Assembly (NCBI RefSeq): GCF_006345805.1
Contig: NC_043018.1
Location: 16,740,001-16,804,000, forward strand
Direction: 5' to 3'
Length of the DNA stretch: 64,000 nucleotides
From: Octopus sinensis
Taxonomy: Eukaryota
This document shows, piece after piece, positions 1 through 13,947 of this stretch. The position numbers were made by a program, and so were the translations under genes. How positions within the stretch are numbered: the stretch's first letter is position 1; each line of letters starts with the position of its first letter. Under the pieces are notes generated by a model that searched no databases, was not told the origin of the DNA, and worked only from the letters and a program-made list of their open reading frames with translations.

Positions 1-493
1 ATGGCATGGTTGGATTGCAAAAATATCATAGTTCAGCGCTACAGTGGCTAGAAGGGTTTGCTGAATCTTGTCTTCTTAATTTGGTTCAGCTAATGGAAGG
101 AAGTAGATCTTTGCTCAGACAAAGGAGGAGATGCCAAATTGGAAGGGATTCCGAAATGGAGGAGTTCTATATGAAAAGCATCCCTGAACATAGAAATTTG
201 GGGATGAGGTTAATCAGTTATATCAAATCCTGTACTTGAGGAATGAAAGGGGCAGTTGCCCCTGGAGGGATTTGAACTCAGGAATTCATGGTATTTCTTC
301 AGGCTCTTTGTGTTCTTAACATATTTAGCAGAGTTCCAGAATATCAGTTATATAACTTGGCAGTATTGATCTCAGGGGATGATTGCAACCTCAAAGGTCA
401 CACACCTCTGTCTCCTGTAGGGAGTGGAGAGATGAGTCAATGAGAAAGTATTTCTTTGTATCCAATGTTTTCTCTCTTCAAGATTGGTAATTA

Positions 494-728
494 TACCTAT
501 TTATTTACTACCCACAAGGGGCTAAACACAGCGAGAACAAACAAGGACAGCCAAACGGATTAAGTCGATTATATCGACCCCAGTGCATAACTGGTACTTA
601 TTTAATCGACCTCGAAAGGATGAAAGGCAAAGTCAACCTTGATGGAATTTGAACTCGGAACGCAGCGGTGGACGAAATATGACTACACATTTCGCCCGGC
701 GTGCTAACGATTCTGCCAGCTCGCCGCC
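494..728 (-). mobile_element. tRNA-derived SINE family A
   Basis: A-box TGGCAGAATCGT and B-box GAGTTCAAATTCC; central GAGGTCGACTTTGCCTTTCATCCTTTCGGGGTCGAT-type domain (possibly Meta/MESC-type, from recall). Confidence 0.85.
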
Positions 729-1092
729 CTAATTATACCAACAGGTACATGACACAGGGGATCCACCACTATGTCACATGGCAACATGCATCTTTTTGAT
801 GTAGGAAAAGATGGCATAGCCAAATGTGGAGCAACTTTGGTCATAAGTTTGCCCAACAAGAGGAGGACGAGGGGGAGGGAATAGATGAAGAAGTAGAGGA
901 CGAGGAAAGAGAATAAGAAAAGACCACTATTGTGTGGTAGAGACCAATTGGTAGAGTGAAGCGAATTGAAGTGGACTTTGAAAGAATTACTTGTTAATAA
1001 TAAATGCCTGATTCTGTGACTTAGTCCAAACCGTATTCCTGATAGAATCACAGAGATTGGAAATGAACAAAAAATTAAAAAAATAGACATAT

Positions 1093-1278
1093 AGGCACAG
1101 GAGTGGCTGTGTGGTAAGTAGCTTGCTAACCAACCACATGGTTCCGGGTTCAGTCCCACTGCGTGGCATCTTGGGCAAGTGTCTTCTGCTATAGCCCCGG
1201 GCCGACCAATGCCTTGTGAGTGGATTTGGTGGACGGAAACTGAAAGAAGCCTGTCGTATATATGTATATACATGTGTG

Positions 1279-1309
<31 letters not shown>

Positions 1310-1504
1310 TTGTCCCCCTAGCTTTGCTTGACAACCGATGCTGGTGTGTTTACGTCCCTGTCACTTAGCGGTTCGGCAAAAGAGACCGATAGAATAAGTA
1401 CTGGGCTTACAAAGAATAAGTCCCGGGGTTGATTTGTTCGACTAAAGGCGGTGCTCCAGCATGGCCGCAGTCAAATGACTGAAACAAGTGAAAGAGTGAA
1501 AGAG
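1093..1504 (+). mobile_element. tRNA-derived SINE family B (CORE-like) with internal (TG)n
   Basis: A-box TGGCTGTGTGGT, B-box GGTTCAGTCC, TTGGGCAAGTGTCTTC, tail GACTGAAACAAG. Confidence 0.9.
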
Positions 1505-1622
1505 TATACAAAATGAAATATTATGAAGTTTTCTATGTGGTGAACAGACTTGCTAGAAATACCAGGCAAATGTCCTTCAAATTGTTATCTAGGAAAGGGA
1601 GAGAACTCTTAGTCTTAAGATA

Positions 1623-1823
1623 ATACTTTCTAATATAGGCACAAGGCCTGAAATTTTGGCATAAGGGAACTAGTTGATTACATCGATCCAGTATTTCACT
1701 GGTACTTAATCTATCAACCCTGAAAGGATGAAAGGCAAAGTCAACCTCAGAGGAATTTCAACTCAGAACGTAGTGACAGACGGAACACAGCTAAGCATTT
1801 TGCTAAAAATTCTGTCAGCTTGC
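1623..1823 (-). mobile_element. SINE family A, alternative-tail subfamily, diverged
   Basis: Same central domain; tail contains AGGCCTTGTGCC. A more decayed copy follows at about 1831-2008. Confidence 0.65.
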
Positions 1824-2509
1824 CAATAAATAATGGTTTCAAATTTTGGCCCAAGATCAGCAATTTTAGAGGAAGGGAGTTAATTGATTGCATTGGCCCT
1901 AGAAGAATAGAAACAGAGTCAACTTTGGCAGCATTTGAACTCAATACATAAGAGAACTTGAAGAAATGCAGGCAAGCATTTTTGTCCAAGAATTCTGTCA
2001 GCTGCCTTCCTAACATACAAAACTAAAAAGGTAAAAATGCCATGGTTAAGGCTGCAAAGCCATCATCTTAAGTGTGCTGGATGAGAGCAGTTATACAACT
2101 CTACACACAAAAATGGAACACACTGTTGTATCTAACATCGTCATCATACATTTAGTTTTCCATGCTTGTATGGGTTAGAACGAATTTATTGAGGTTGATT
2201 TTCTGTGATAGGAGAGGCCCTTCCACACCCCTTTCGAAGCAAGGTAATAGTTTTCATGGCCAGAAATGTTTTTTCAAAGAAGGCCAGAAATGATCAACAT
2301 TCCTTATATGACACTGATTCAGTATCATGACCATTACGTGATGCCAAGACAAGACTCCTCACAAGAGATACACACACACATACATAGGACAGGTTTTCAT
2401 CCACTTCCAAGCACAAGACTTTGGTTTGCCCCAGTCTATAATAGAGGACACTTCCCCAAGATCTAACCTATATATATATACACATCTTTGTCTATATATC
2501 TACCTTCTC

Positions 2510-2783
2510 TATAATGTTGCCACTTGATATGAAAATTTTTGTATTAATGGAAAACCTCTATAATTAGCTGATGAGTGCTCAACATCTTAAATCTGTTGTA
2601 ATACTTACAACATTTAATAAAATGATGTAGTACGAAATGATCGTACCAAATTACCGGAGTCATTCTTGTTGCTTATTTTGATTATAATCACCCCACGGAT
2701 TTTTATGGATAACACCATATAGAATTTTGGTGCATCTAAATTAAGTACCAGATTCATTTGAATCTAAATTTTTGCTGAACTGA
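2510..2783 (+). mobile_element. (TA)n-flanked element carrying a decayed hammerhead
   Basis: Hammerhead motif at 2561-2653; TA tracts near both ends; boundaries approximate. Confidence 0.4.
2561..2653 (+). ncRNA. Decayed type I hammerhead ribozyme motif
   Basis: TAATTAG-CTGATGA-GTGCT...AGTAC-GAAAT-GATC-GTA-CCAAATTA. Stem II 5 bp; stem III would be the palindrome ACGATCGT with one C>T change; stem I imperfect. Confidence 0.5.
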
Positions 2784-3769
2784 TATATATATATATGCGT
2801 GTCTGTGTGTGTGTGTGAAGAAAAAAGAAGTCCTAAGGATTTCATGCTTTTATTTCATAAAGCATGAAATAAAGAACTATTTATCTTGGGCTTTTGTCCC
2901 TTTGAAGGATTCAACATTATTCATGATGAATCCCTGAAGGGGATTAAAGCACCTAAATAAACAATTTTTATATAAATCCTGGCTATCTCCTTTTACATAA
3001 TATATAAAATCTGTAAACCACTTCAAACAATCCATACACACACATGTATGTATGCATGCATGCATGTACAGACAGACATGGATACATATGTATGTGTGTA
3101 GGCATGTATGCATGCATGCATGCATGTATGTATGTACGCAGAGCTATACACATGTACAAAAGAAAAAGAAAGAAAGAAAGACTGAGTGAGGAAAAATAAT
3201 TGGCTTCTGGAAAACTCAATGAGAAGGTTCTTATTAGGGACCCATTGACCCTAAATTGAGTTGGATCAGGTCTGATAGACAAACAACAGCCAGTCATCAA
3301 ATGCCACAAATTGGATTCCTTTATTACAACCAGAAATGCTTTTATCCTAACAACAAAGGCAAGGCAAAGCAGCATCCATGACACATTATATAACAGGAGA
3401 GTTTCTAGAGAACAGAAAGACCAGATGGATTGTATCAGATTGAAAATGGCAAAACGAAGAACGCAAGAACTGTAGAGTACAGAGTCGCTGAGCATCCAGT
3501 GATTACGAGACATAGGAATATAGTTTTCAAATATACAGTGTGAATATTACAAAATTAAATTAATTTGATCGGTAATGGATACATTAGTATTAATGATGAT
3601 TAATAAAATTAATAACAATAATTATGGTAATAACAGTAATGAAATCACATTCATATTAATAATAATAATAACTGATTGCAATTAAACATACAGGAATACA
3701 ACAGCTGAATAACAATGGTTCTTTAGAATTTATTGATGTTTCTATGCGTGTAGTTGTGTGTATGAATGT

Positions 3770-4665
3770 GTGTGTGTGTGTGTGTACATGCATGGATGTC
3801 TATGTGTGTGCATATCTACAAATGTGTGGAAAACCTAAAAAATACACATACACATATCTATGCATGCATATATATATATATATATATAAATACACTAACA
3901 CACTTATATATGCAAGCATATATATATATATATATGCATACATATATATATATATATATATATACATATACATATCTATACATACATATACATATATATA
4001 TACATACATATACATATATATATACATACATATATACATATATATACATACATATACATATTATACATACATATACTATATAATACATATACATATATAT
4101 AATACATATATATATATATATATATACATACATATACATATATATACATACATATATATATATACATATATATACATATATATATACATATATATATACA
4201 TACATATATATATATACACATATATATATATAAACATATATATATAAACATATATATATCTATACACATATATATATAAACATATATATATCTATACACA
4301 TATATATATACATATATGCAAATATATATATATGTATATATATATATATGTATATATATACACATACATACATATATAAATGTAGATTACATATATAATA
4401 TATATACACACATATATATATATATACACATATATATATATAAACATATATATATAAACATATATATATCTATACACATATATATATAAACATATATATA
4501 TCTATACACATATATATATACATATATGCAAATATATATATATGTATATATATATATATGTATATATATACACATACATACATATATATATATTATATAT
4601 ATATATATATACATATACATATCTATACATACATATATATACATATATATGTATATATAGAAGCA
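3770..4665. repeat. Long (TA)/(TACA) compound microsatellite
   Basis: Direct reading; internal ~210-216-bp higher-order repeats. Confidence 0.95.
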
Positions 4666-4709
4666 GTAAGAGAGAGGCAAACATCTACTGTCACACACAC
4701 ACACATATA

Positions 4710-4872
4710 TTTTCCTTGTTTCAGTCGATGGCCATGTTAGAGCACTGCCTAAAAGAATTTAGTCAGATAAATTCATCCCTAGTACTTATATTCTTTTGGG
4801 TAAACTGCCAAATCATGGGGATGTAAACACACCAACACCAGTTGTCATGCAGTTGTGGTGGAGAAACACAGA
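4710..4872 (-). mobile_element. SINE family B 3' half, diverged
   Basis: GTTTCAGTC..GGCCATG..GTAAACACACCAACACC. Confidence 0.55.
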
Positions 4873-5402
4873 CTCAAAGATGCATACAGAATGTACAAAT
4901 ATATATATACATACATACATATATATACACAACTTATAAACAATGGCAGAAGAAAATTATTTCTATGCCAATATGCTAATAACAGGCTTCTAAATTGTCA
5001 ATTTCCACATATTATATACCCACTACAGTAATACGTATATATGAAGATTCATACATATATAAATATAAAGATATATGTATACATATATTCATATATATAT
5101 ATACATACTTATATATAAACACATACATATATATACACATACATATATATACACATACATATAAATACACATACATATATATATATACACACACACATAT
5201 GATTTTGATTTTTCCAGTTTCAGCTAATGAGCTGTGGCCATGCTGGGGCACCGCCATTTACAGAAATATATCTATACACATATATATATGTATACATATA
5301 TATATATATACATATATATACATATATATACATATATACACAAACATATATATATATACATATATACTTATATATAGATATACATATACATATATATATA
5401 AT

Positions 5403-5560
5403 AGGAATTTACAAAAAAACAAAAGACTAAGACAGGTGTGTAAACAACAAACAGGTGTATTAGTTTAATGCTCGGGAAGGTGAGAAAGTGTTTCATGTTT
5501 CGAGCCTAAGCTCTTCAACAGAATTGAACGCAAGAAAATAAACAGAGAGAGAATAAAATA
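5403..5560 (-). mobile_element. Diverged relative of family H in (TA)n
   Basis: Shares ACAAAC..TGTATTAG and GTTTCGAGCCT-A-GCTCTTC-ACAG with family H; TA tracts on both sides. Confidence 0.5.
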
Positions 5561-5561
5561 C

Positions 5562-5597
<36 letters not shown>

Positions 5598-6204
5598 ATA
5601 CATAGACATATATACACACACATGTATATATATGCAGATATATATACACATATATATACATACACACATATATATATGGATATATATACATATATATGTA
5701 TGTATATATATACATATATATATATATACACATTTATATATATATACATGTATATAGATATACATACATGTGTGTATATATATATATAAGATATATATAT
5801 ATATATATATATAAGATATATATATCTATACATATATTTATATATATATTTACATACATGCATATATATATGTACATATACGTATAAATATATGTATATG
5901 CATATATATATATGTATATATACGTATATATATATATATGTACATATATATTTGTTTCACAAACACATTCCCTGCTGTGTGACACCTTGAGCAAGTGTCT
6001 TTAATTATATGTATATACATACATATATATATATTTTGTATATTATATTAATTAGTTTTATTTTTATGTTTTAGTTTATGTTTTTCGCTGTTTGATTTGC
6101 CTAATGGTTGTTTCATCTATAATTTAATCTATATATATATATATGTATACATACATATATATATATATATATATACACATACATACATATATATATGTAT
6201 GTAT

Positions 6205-6603
6205 ATTCTTTTATTCTTTTACTTGTTTCAGTCATTTTACTGCGGCCATGCTGGAGCACCACCTTTAATCGAGTAAATTGACCCCGGAACTTATTTTTTG
6301 TAAGCCCAGTACTTATTCTATCAGTCTCTTTTGCTGCACCGCTAAGTAACAGGGACATAAACACACCAGCATCGGTTGACAAGCAATGCTAGTGGGACAA
6401 ACACAGACACACAAACACACAACACACACATACATACATATATACGACGGGCTTCTTCCAGTTTCTGTCTACCAAATCCACTCACAAGGCTTTGGTCGGC
6501 CCAAGGCTATAGTAGAAGACACTTGCCCCATGTGCCACGCAGTGGGACTGAACCCGGAACCATGTGGTTGGTAAACAACCTACTTACCACACAGCCACTT
6601 CTA
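6205..6603 (-). mobile_element. SINE family B
   Basis: Full-length reverse copy. Confidence 0.9.
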
Positions 6604-6803
6604 TGTGTGTGTGTGTATATTTGTTTTTTTGGTTGTGCAAGGCATTTTTGCATGATTGACAAATACATACACATATATACTTGTACATAAGCATATATTA
6701 ATAATTGTGTCATATATAAATATATATGTATATGTATGTCTGCATATGAATACATGTGAGTATATGCATGTGTTTGTATTGTACATATATGTATATTATA
6801 TAT

Positions 6804-7029
6804 GTTTTCTACTGCTGGATGCCCTTCCTAACGCCAACCACTCTGAGAGTGTAGTGGGTGCTTTTTAAGTGCCACTGGCATAGGGGCCAGTCGGGCAATA
6901 CTGGCAATGACCTCGCTCGAATCTTCTTACACATGCCACCAGCACAGGTGCCAGTAAGTTGACGTTGGTAACGATCACGCTCGAATGGTGCCCTTTTATG
7001 TGCCACTGGCATGGAAGCCAGTTAGCTGC
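6804..7029 (-). mobile_element. SINE-like repeat family D (GGGCATCCAGC motif)
   Basis: GCTGGATGCCCTTCCTAACGCCAACCAC is shared with the copies at 8485 and 8978. Confidence 0.55.
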
Positions 7030-7032
7030 TCC

Positions 7033-7063
<31 letters not shown>

Positions 7064-7338
7064 ATTATAACAATAAGGGTCTTTGCAACAAGTTGCTTGA
7101 CCACATACCAAAAATTTTAGAAATAGCAGCCAGAAGACTGCTATTTCCTTTTACTACAAAAATATGTCCCCACAGACAACAGTATTTGTTACAAATATTG
7201 TCAAGCAACTTGTTGCAAAGACCCTTTTGTTATAATTATATAAACTTTTACCGAATATGGTCCTTTTCCATACCGAAGTGCTACTAGGTGAAATTTGTTG
7301 ATTTTATTAAATTAATTATAATTCACCCTTTATCTGTA

Positions 7339-7376
<38 letters not shown>

Positions 7377-7792
7377 GTATGTATACACACACACTTCTAT
7401 CAGTAAGCTGACATACAAATATACTATGTAGAAACACACACTGTTTTCTTTTTAGATATATTCCTATAGCTCTAGTTATACAGAGATCCTTCAAAATCTC
7501 CCACCATGAAAATTATATACTCAAATTCTCATTTATACATACATCTATAAATATAAACTTCTCAACATCTGTTTTTGCATGCATGTTGTTATATATATAT
7601 ATATATATATGCTTACATGTATATATACACATTATGTATACATCTTTATATAAATATATAAGTATCCATACAGGTGGCTATAATCCAATATGTATAGACA
7701 GTTGTATTTAAAATAACATTTAAAGATCCATCTATACATAAATGCATACTTACATATATATATATATAAATAAATAGATAAATATATATATA

Positions 7793-7957
7793 TTTCTTCA
7801 GTAAAATCACACACACACATATGCATATAAAAAACATTCATGTTCCTGCAGGCTATGTCCTTTCATATATATATATATATATATGAAAGGACATAGCCTG
7901 CAGGAAACATGAATGTTTTTTATATGCATATGTGTGTGTGTGATTTTACTGAAGAAA
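7793..7957. repeat. 165-bp spacerless palindrome centred on (AT)10
   Basis: Arms 7793-7874 and 7875-7957 are complementary except for a 1-nt indel. Confidence 0.95.
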
Positions 7958-8484
7958 ACAAGTCTTGCTCCATTAGACCAGCACTAGTCTCTTTTGAGTC
8001 TAGTTTACTCACACACACACAGGTGTGTGTGTATATGTAGACAAGTATATTGCCCAGCATTCTTGTGTGAACATTCAGCTAAAATATTTGGGCTTCTTTT
8101 TGCATATCGCTGTTTATCCTCCTTTTATGCTGGCTCCTGATGGATCAGATATATCTTTGAGGTGAGGATTTGGCACCAGGGCCCAAAACACATGCAGCTC
8201 CTGCAACCTATACCATCCAAACCCTTCAAAATTTCATAAAAAAAACAGCTAATGACTAAGGCTTCAACTAAGGATTTCAAAGAATGAGGAACAATGTTGG
8301 CTGCTGTGTGGTTAGAATTGAGGACCCTCACAGGTGGAGCATACACCACAAGGCATGCTATCCTGTATTCCAATCACTCTAGCAATGCAATAACATTCTC
8401 TCTTAATCTCTTCAGGCATGTAAAGATAGATATATATGTGTGTGTGTGTATATACGTATATACACAAACACACACACACATATA

Positions 8485-8612
8485 TGGCGGGTGTTAAGAA
8501 GGGCATCCAGCTGTAAAAGTCTACCTAAAACACACACAGTATTCTGGGGTAGTCTTCTACCTGGCTCACTCCTGTCAAACTGTCCAACCTATGCATGGAA
8601 GATCGATGTTAA

Positions 8613-8614
<2 letters not shown>
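8485..8614 (+). mobile_element. Family D 3' fragment
   Basis: AAGAAGGGCATCCAGCTGTAAAA..GTCCAACC-ATGCATGGAA..GTTAAAC. Confidence 0.55.
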
Positions 8615-8647
<33 letters not shown>

Positions 8648-8858
8648 CATATATATATACAAATATATATACGTATATACACATATATATATATATATAC
8701 ATATACATATACGTATATACACATATATATATATATACATATACACATATATACATATATATATACACATATATATACACATACATATGCACATACATAC
8801 ATACATATATATACACATACATATGCACATACATACATACATATACACATACATATGC

Positions 8859-8889
<31 letters not shown>

Positions 8890-8977
8890 TATATACATAC
8901 ATATACACAGACACACACACACATATATATATATACATATATTTATACATATATACATACACACACTCACACATTTG

Positions 8978-9156
8978 TCATCATTATTTAAAGTTCGTTG
9001 TCCATACTGGCATGAGTTTGTCTGCGTTAGCATGCCAGAAGGATGCACCACACTCCAGTTTGATCTGGCATGGTTATCTATGGCTGGATGCCTTTCCTAA
9101 TGCTGACCACTCGGAGACTGTAATAAATGCTTTTAACTGCCATTTGCATGACACCA
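8978..9156 (-). mobile_element. Family D fragment
   Basis: GCTGGATGCCTTTCCTAATGCTGACCAC. Confidence 0.5.
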
Positions 9157-9331
9157 GGCACATACACACACCTATACATATATATGTGTATATATGTACA
9201 TATAAATATGTGTGTATATATATATATATACATATGTATTGTATATATGTATGTATATATGTGTGTGTGTATATCTATGTACATACATATATGTATACAT
9301 GCCTGTATGTATACATATATGTATGTTTGTG

Positions 9332-9362
<31 letters not shown>

Positions 9363-9520
9363 TTCAGTATATATACAGATATATATGTCTATGTGTATAT
9401 ATATATATATGCCTATATATGTATATATATATATACATATTTATATATGTATACACATATGTATATATATATATATATATACACACATATATGTTGGTAT
9501 ATATATATATATATATATAT

Positions 9521-9668
9521 AGGTAAACAGTAAAAATAATTACAGACATGGACAAGAACATGAAACACCACAGAGACGACACAAGAACCACAGGACGGGA
9601 CATTCGAAGCCCTCAGTCATCAGTCAAGAACCAGATCATCTTAGCAATTTCGGCTGATTAATCTTGAT
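9521..9668. mobile_element. Short non-repetitive insert in (TA)n, probable PLE-type fragment
   Basis: Complex sequence with TA-rich tracts on both sides; no complete ribozyme visible. Confidence 0.35.
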
Positions 9669-10376
9669 ATACATATCTATATATACATACATATATGTTT
9701 ATCTCTCTATCTGTCTATATATGAATATATATATATATATATAATATATATATATGCATATGCTGGGTTATTGTTGGTCAGGCAGGGCAACCAGAGGTAA
9801 AACACATGCCTTGAGTCAGAGAAGAGTGCTGTCAAACTATCCAACATGGAAGGTGGGCATTAAATGAACAAAATGATGAATGTTTTAATTACAAAGCCAG
9901 GAACACACACTTATAACTTGTAAAATATACATAACACACAAGATGAGGCAAAGAAAAAGACGTGTGTGTGTGTGTGTGCAGAGATAAAAATATTTGTAGA
10001 TGCATAAATTCCTGTAAACTGGTTTGTAAAGACTTGGCTGTTTTTGTTTTCATACACACACACAACACAAAATCAATATATTTATATGCAATCATTTTTA
10101 GAAGAAAATAGGAAATTTTGTCAAAGAGTCACATAACATAGCCAAAAGAACAGGAAGAATTGAAACCAGATCCTCAAAACAAACAGCAGCACATAGAAGC
10201 AAGAAATATTTAGAAAGGTGATAGAAATTGTTTTCAAAATACTGAAGTGGGCAGAGCAAATAATAATTGGGGTGCACTAGGAGTCTCTGGGTTAATAAGT
10301 GGTTCACTAGGAGCCTCTGGACTGATAATTTGGGCTTTTCATCTCAGTCGGAAGGAACGGAATATTTTACATGCAT

Positions 10377-10411
<35 letters not shown>

Positions 10412-10417
10412 CATATA

Positions 10418-10600
10418 CTTTACTTAAAGCAGCAGAAAATTCAACAAAACCTGTTACTCTGAGTTTCACGTTTCCGTTCGTCGGACAGAGTAACAGGTTT
10501 TGTTGAATTTTCTGCTGCTTTAAATAAAGCATATTACTCTACCACTGGTATTTGAGTACTCTTTTTTCCACCTTGTTTCACACTTATGTGTTTACTCCGG
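10418..10600. mobile_element. PLE pLTR-like fragment with 44-bp inverted arms, in (TA)n
   Basis: Arms 10418-10461 and 10486-10529 (1 mismatch) with a 24-bp spacer carrying a hammerhead-like core. AATAAA at about 10523. Confidence 0.55.
10451..10488 (-). ncRNA. Minimal hammerhead-like motif (U4C, A-U at base of stem II)
   Basis: Minus strand reads CTGT-CCGACGA-ACG-GAAA-CGT-GAAAC-TCAGA-GTA-ACAG. Confidence 0.45.
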
Positions 10601-10908
10601 TATATATATATATAAAAAATATCATCCACATATACAGTTGCAACTATTTCAAGTCTTAGATACTTCACAAACTCATTTGAGTGAATGTTGGCATTTATAC
10701 AATTAAATACACTGTTGGATATATATATATATGTATATATATTTATGCACACACATAGCTTAGCACCAAGATGACAATTCCATGCATATCTGCTAAGTTC
10801 TCCTTATCTAATACCTAAATAAATCTGCATGTAATTTTGACTGGTCTGTACTGAAAGGCAAAGCTAAACTAATGTAGGTGCTCTCTCTCTCTCATTCTAC
10901 ATACATAC

Positions 10909-10946
<38 letters not shown>

Positions 10947-11112
10947 CATACATGTATACACACATGCACACAAAGAAAAGGAGCTGAAAATGAGTTTACT
11001 GTCTTTAAGAAGATTTATTTACATTTGCTTCTTTATTTCACCACTTTCACAATTTCATGATTTAAGAAGTGCTGTCAGAAGGGGAACTTGGTTCTATACA
11101 ATATATTTCAAC

Positions 11113-11167
<55 letters not shown>

Positions 11168-12622
11168 TGTGTGTGTGTGTGTGTGTATACACATATATAT
11201 ATATATACACACATATATGTATGTATGTATATAAATATAGATATTGAGGCACACACACAAAAATATTTAAATATATGACACACATAGATAAATGTGCATA
11301 TATAGATGCATTTATGCACACATGCATATATACATCTCAGTGTATACTAAATTGCATAAAAAACATTCATCTAAACACACATACCTGTATGTGTGTGTGT
11401 ATGAGAGAGAGGGTAATAGTTTGGAGCAGATATGAACATATTTTAAATCATGGCAAACATTAGAATTGAAATATTCTATCCACTCTGGGCAGAGTAGATA
11501 GATATATTTATTGTACCAACATTTGGCTTTTAAGTGGTCATATTATATTGTGGTATTATTTTGATGGAAATTGCATCATGTGTATGTTTGTGGCCTGCTG
11601 ATCAGTGTGAGAATTAGGTGATTGGTAAATGTGCCAGAGAAATAGTCAAGAACTTCTGAACTAAGTCATTCAGCAGATGTCAACTTCCTGAAATAACTGG
11701 GCTTTTGGTGGCTTACACAGAGTGAAATAGATGTGGAAGGCTATCAAGAGTGTATGTGTGTGTGTGTGTACACACACACACATACATACATACATATATA
11801 CATTTATTATGTATATACAAATTGGTGAGAATCGTAGCAGCAACTAGTGTTTGCGTGCATGCAGCCCCAGTAGCATCAACTGCAGCAATAATGCATAACA
11901 ACAACAACAACAACAACAACAATAAGAAGGCATTGTTTTAAAAGAAGGTGCTTGTTTAGATACAGGTGTTATGGCTGTAGTGGCGTGTTGGACGTTGTGG
12001 AGCAGGGGGGAGTGTACCGCAGACCAGAAAAATAAGGGGCACTCTTGACTGCGATTGGAAAGGGGGAAAAATGATACATTTCAAAACAAAGCATAAAAAA
12101 ATACCTTTTGTAGAATTTAAATATTTCCTTTTAATATATTTTTTCCTTTTCTTTTCCTGTTTATCATTTTTTTTGTATTATTTTCATATTTTTTTCAATA
12201 TTTATCGTTTCATTTAACAACAATTCAAAACACAAAATAACAGAAATATAACAAATATTATATATATATATATATACTCTCTGTAACAGTAGTAGTTTTT
12301 TGTTATTTTCTATATATATGTAAATATATATACGTGGGTGTATATATATATTTGCTTTTTTATCTATTTTTGTTGTTTATATTTTTCCATTCTTAGCATG
12401 TATGTATGCGAGTGCATATATATATATATATATAATATATATATATATATACATATACATACATGTATACACACATGCACACAAAGAAAAGGAGCTGAAA
12501 ATGAGTTTACTGTCTTTAGAAGATTTATTTACATTTGCTTCTTTATTTCACCACTTTCACAATTTCATGATTTAAGAAGTGCTGTCAGAAGGGGAACTTG
12601 GTTCTATACAATATATTTCAAC

Positions 12623-12695
<73 letters not shown>

Positions 12696-13916
12696 CACAT
12701 ATATATATATATACACACTATATGTATGTATGTATATAAATATAGATATTGAGGCACACACACAAAAATATTTAAATATATGACACACATAGATAAATGT
12801 GCATATATAGATGCATTTATGCACACATGCATATATACATCTCAGTGTATACTAAATTGCATAAAAAACATTCATCTAAACACACATACCTGTATGTGTG
12901 TGTGTATGAGAGAGAGGGTAATAGTTTGGAGCAGATATGAACATATTTTAAATCATGGCAAACATTAGAATTGAAATATTCTATCCACTCTGGGCAGAGT
13001 AGATAGATATATTATTGTACCAACATTTGGCTTTTAAGTGGTCATATATATTGTGGTATTATTTTGATGGAAATTGCATCATGTGTATGTTGTGGCCTGC
13101 TGATCAGTGTGAGAATTAGGTGATTGGTAAATGTGCCAGAGAAATAGTCAAGAACTTCTGAACTAAGTCATTCAGCAGATGTCAACTTCCTGAAATAACT
13201 GGGCTTTTGGTGGCTTACACAGAGTGAAATAGATGTGGAAGGCTATCAAGAGTGTATGTGTGTGTGTGTGTACACACACACACATACATACATACATATA
13301 TACATTTATTATGTATATACAATTGGTGAGAATCGTAGCAGCAACTAGTGTTTGCGTGCATGCAGCCCCAGTAGCATCAACTGCAGCAATAATGCATAAC
13401 AACAACAACAACAACAACAACAACAATAAGAAGGCATTGTTTTAAAAGAAGGTGCTTGTTTAGATACAGGTGTTATGGCTGTAGTGGCGTGTTGGACGTT
13501 GTGGAGCAGGGGGGAGTGTACCGCAGACCAGAAAAATAAGGGGCACTCTTGACTGCGATTGGAAAGGGGGAAAAATGATACATTTCAAAACAAAGCATAA
13601 AAAAATACCTTTTGTAGAATTTAAATATTTCCTTTTAATATATTTTTTCCTTTTCTTTTCCTGTTTATCATTTTTTTTGTATTATTTTCATATTTTTTTT
13701 CAATATTTATCGTTTCATTTAACAACAATTCAAAACACAAAATAAACAGAAATATAACAAATATTATATATATATATATATACTCTCTGTAACAGTAGTA
13801 GTTTTTTGTTATTTTCTATATATATGTAAATATATATACGTGGGTGTATTATATATTTGCTTTTTTATCTATTTTTGTTGTTTATATTTTTCCATTCTTA
13901 GCATGTATGTATGCGA

Positions 13917-13947
<31 letters not shown>

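Noticed and set aside
1-240. ORF 6-239, and frame-1 MAWLDCK resembling a Dong RT motif
   Set aside because: Too short and decayed to assign; truncated by the window edge.
2839-2870. 12-bp inverted repeat
   Set aside because: Short and AT-rich; plausible by chance.
9598-9626. Minus-strand CTGATGA...GAATGTC as a hammerhead
   Set aside because: No stem II pairing, and GAAT replaces GAAA.
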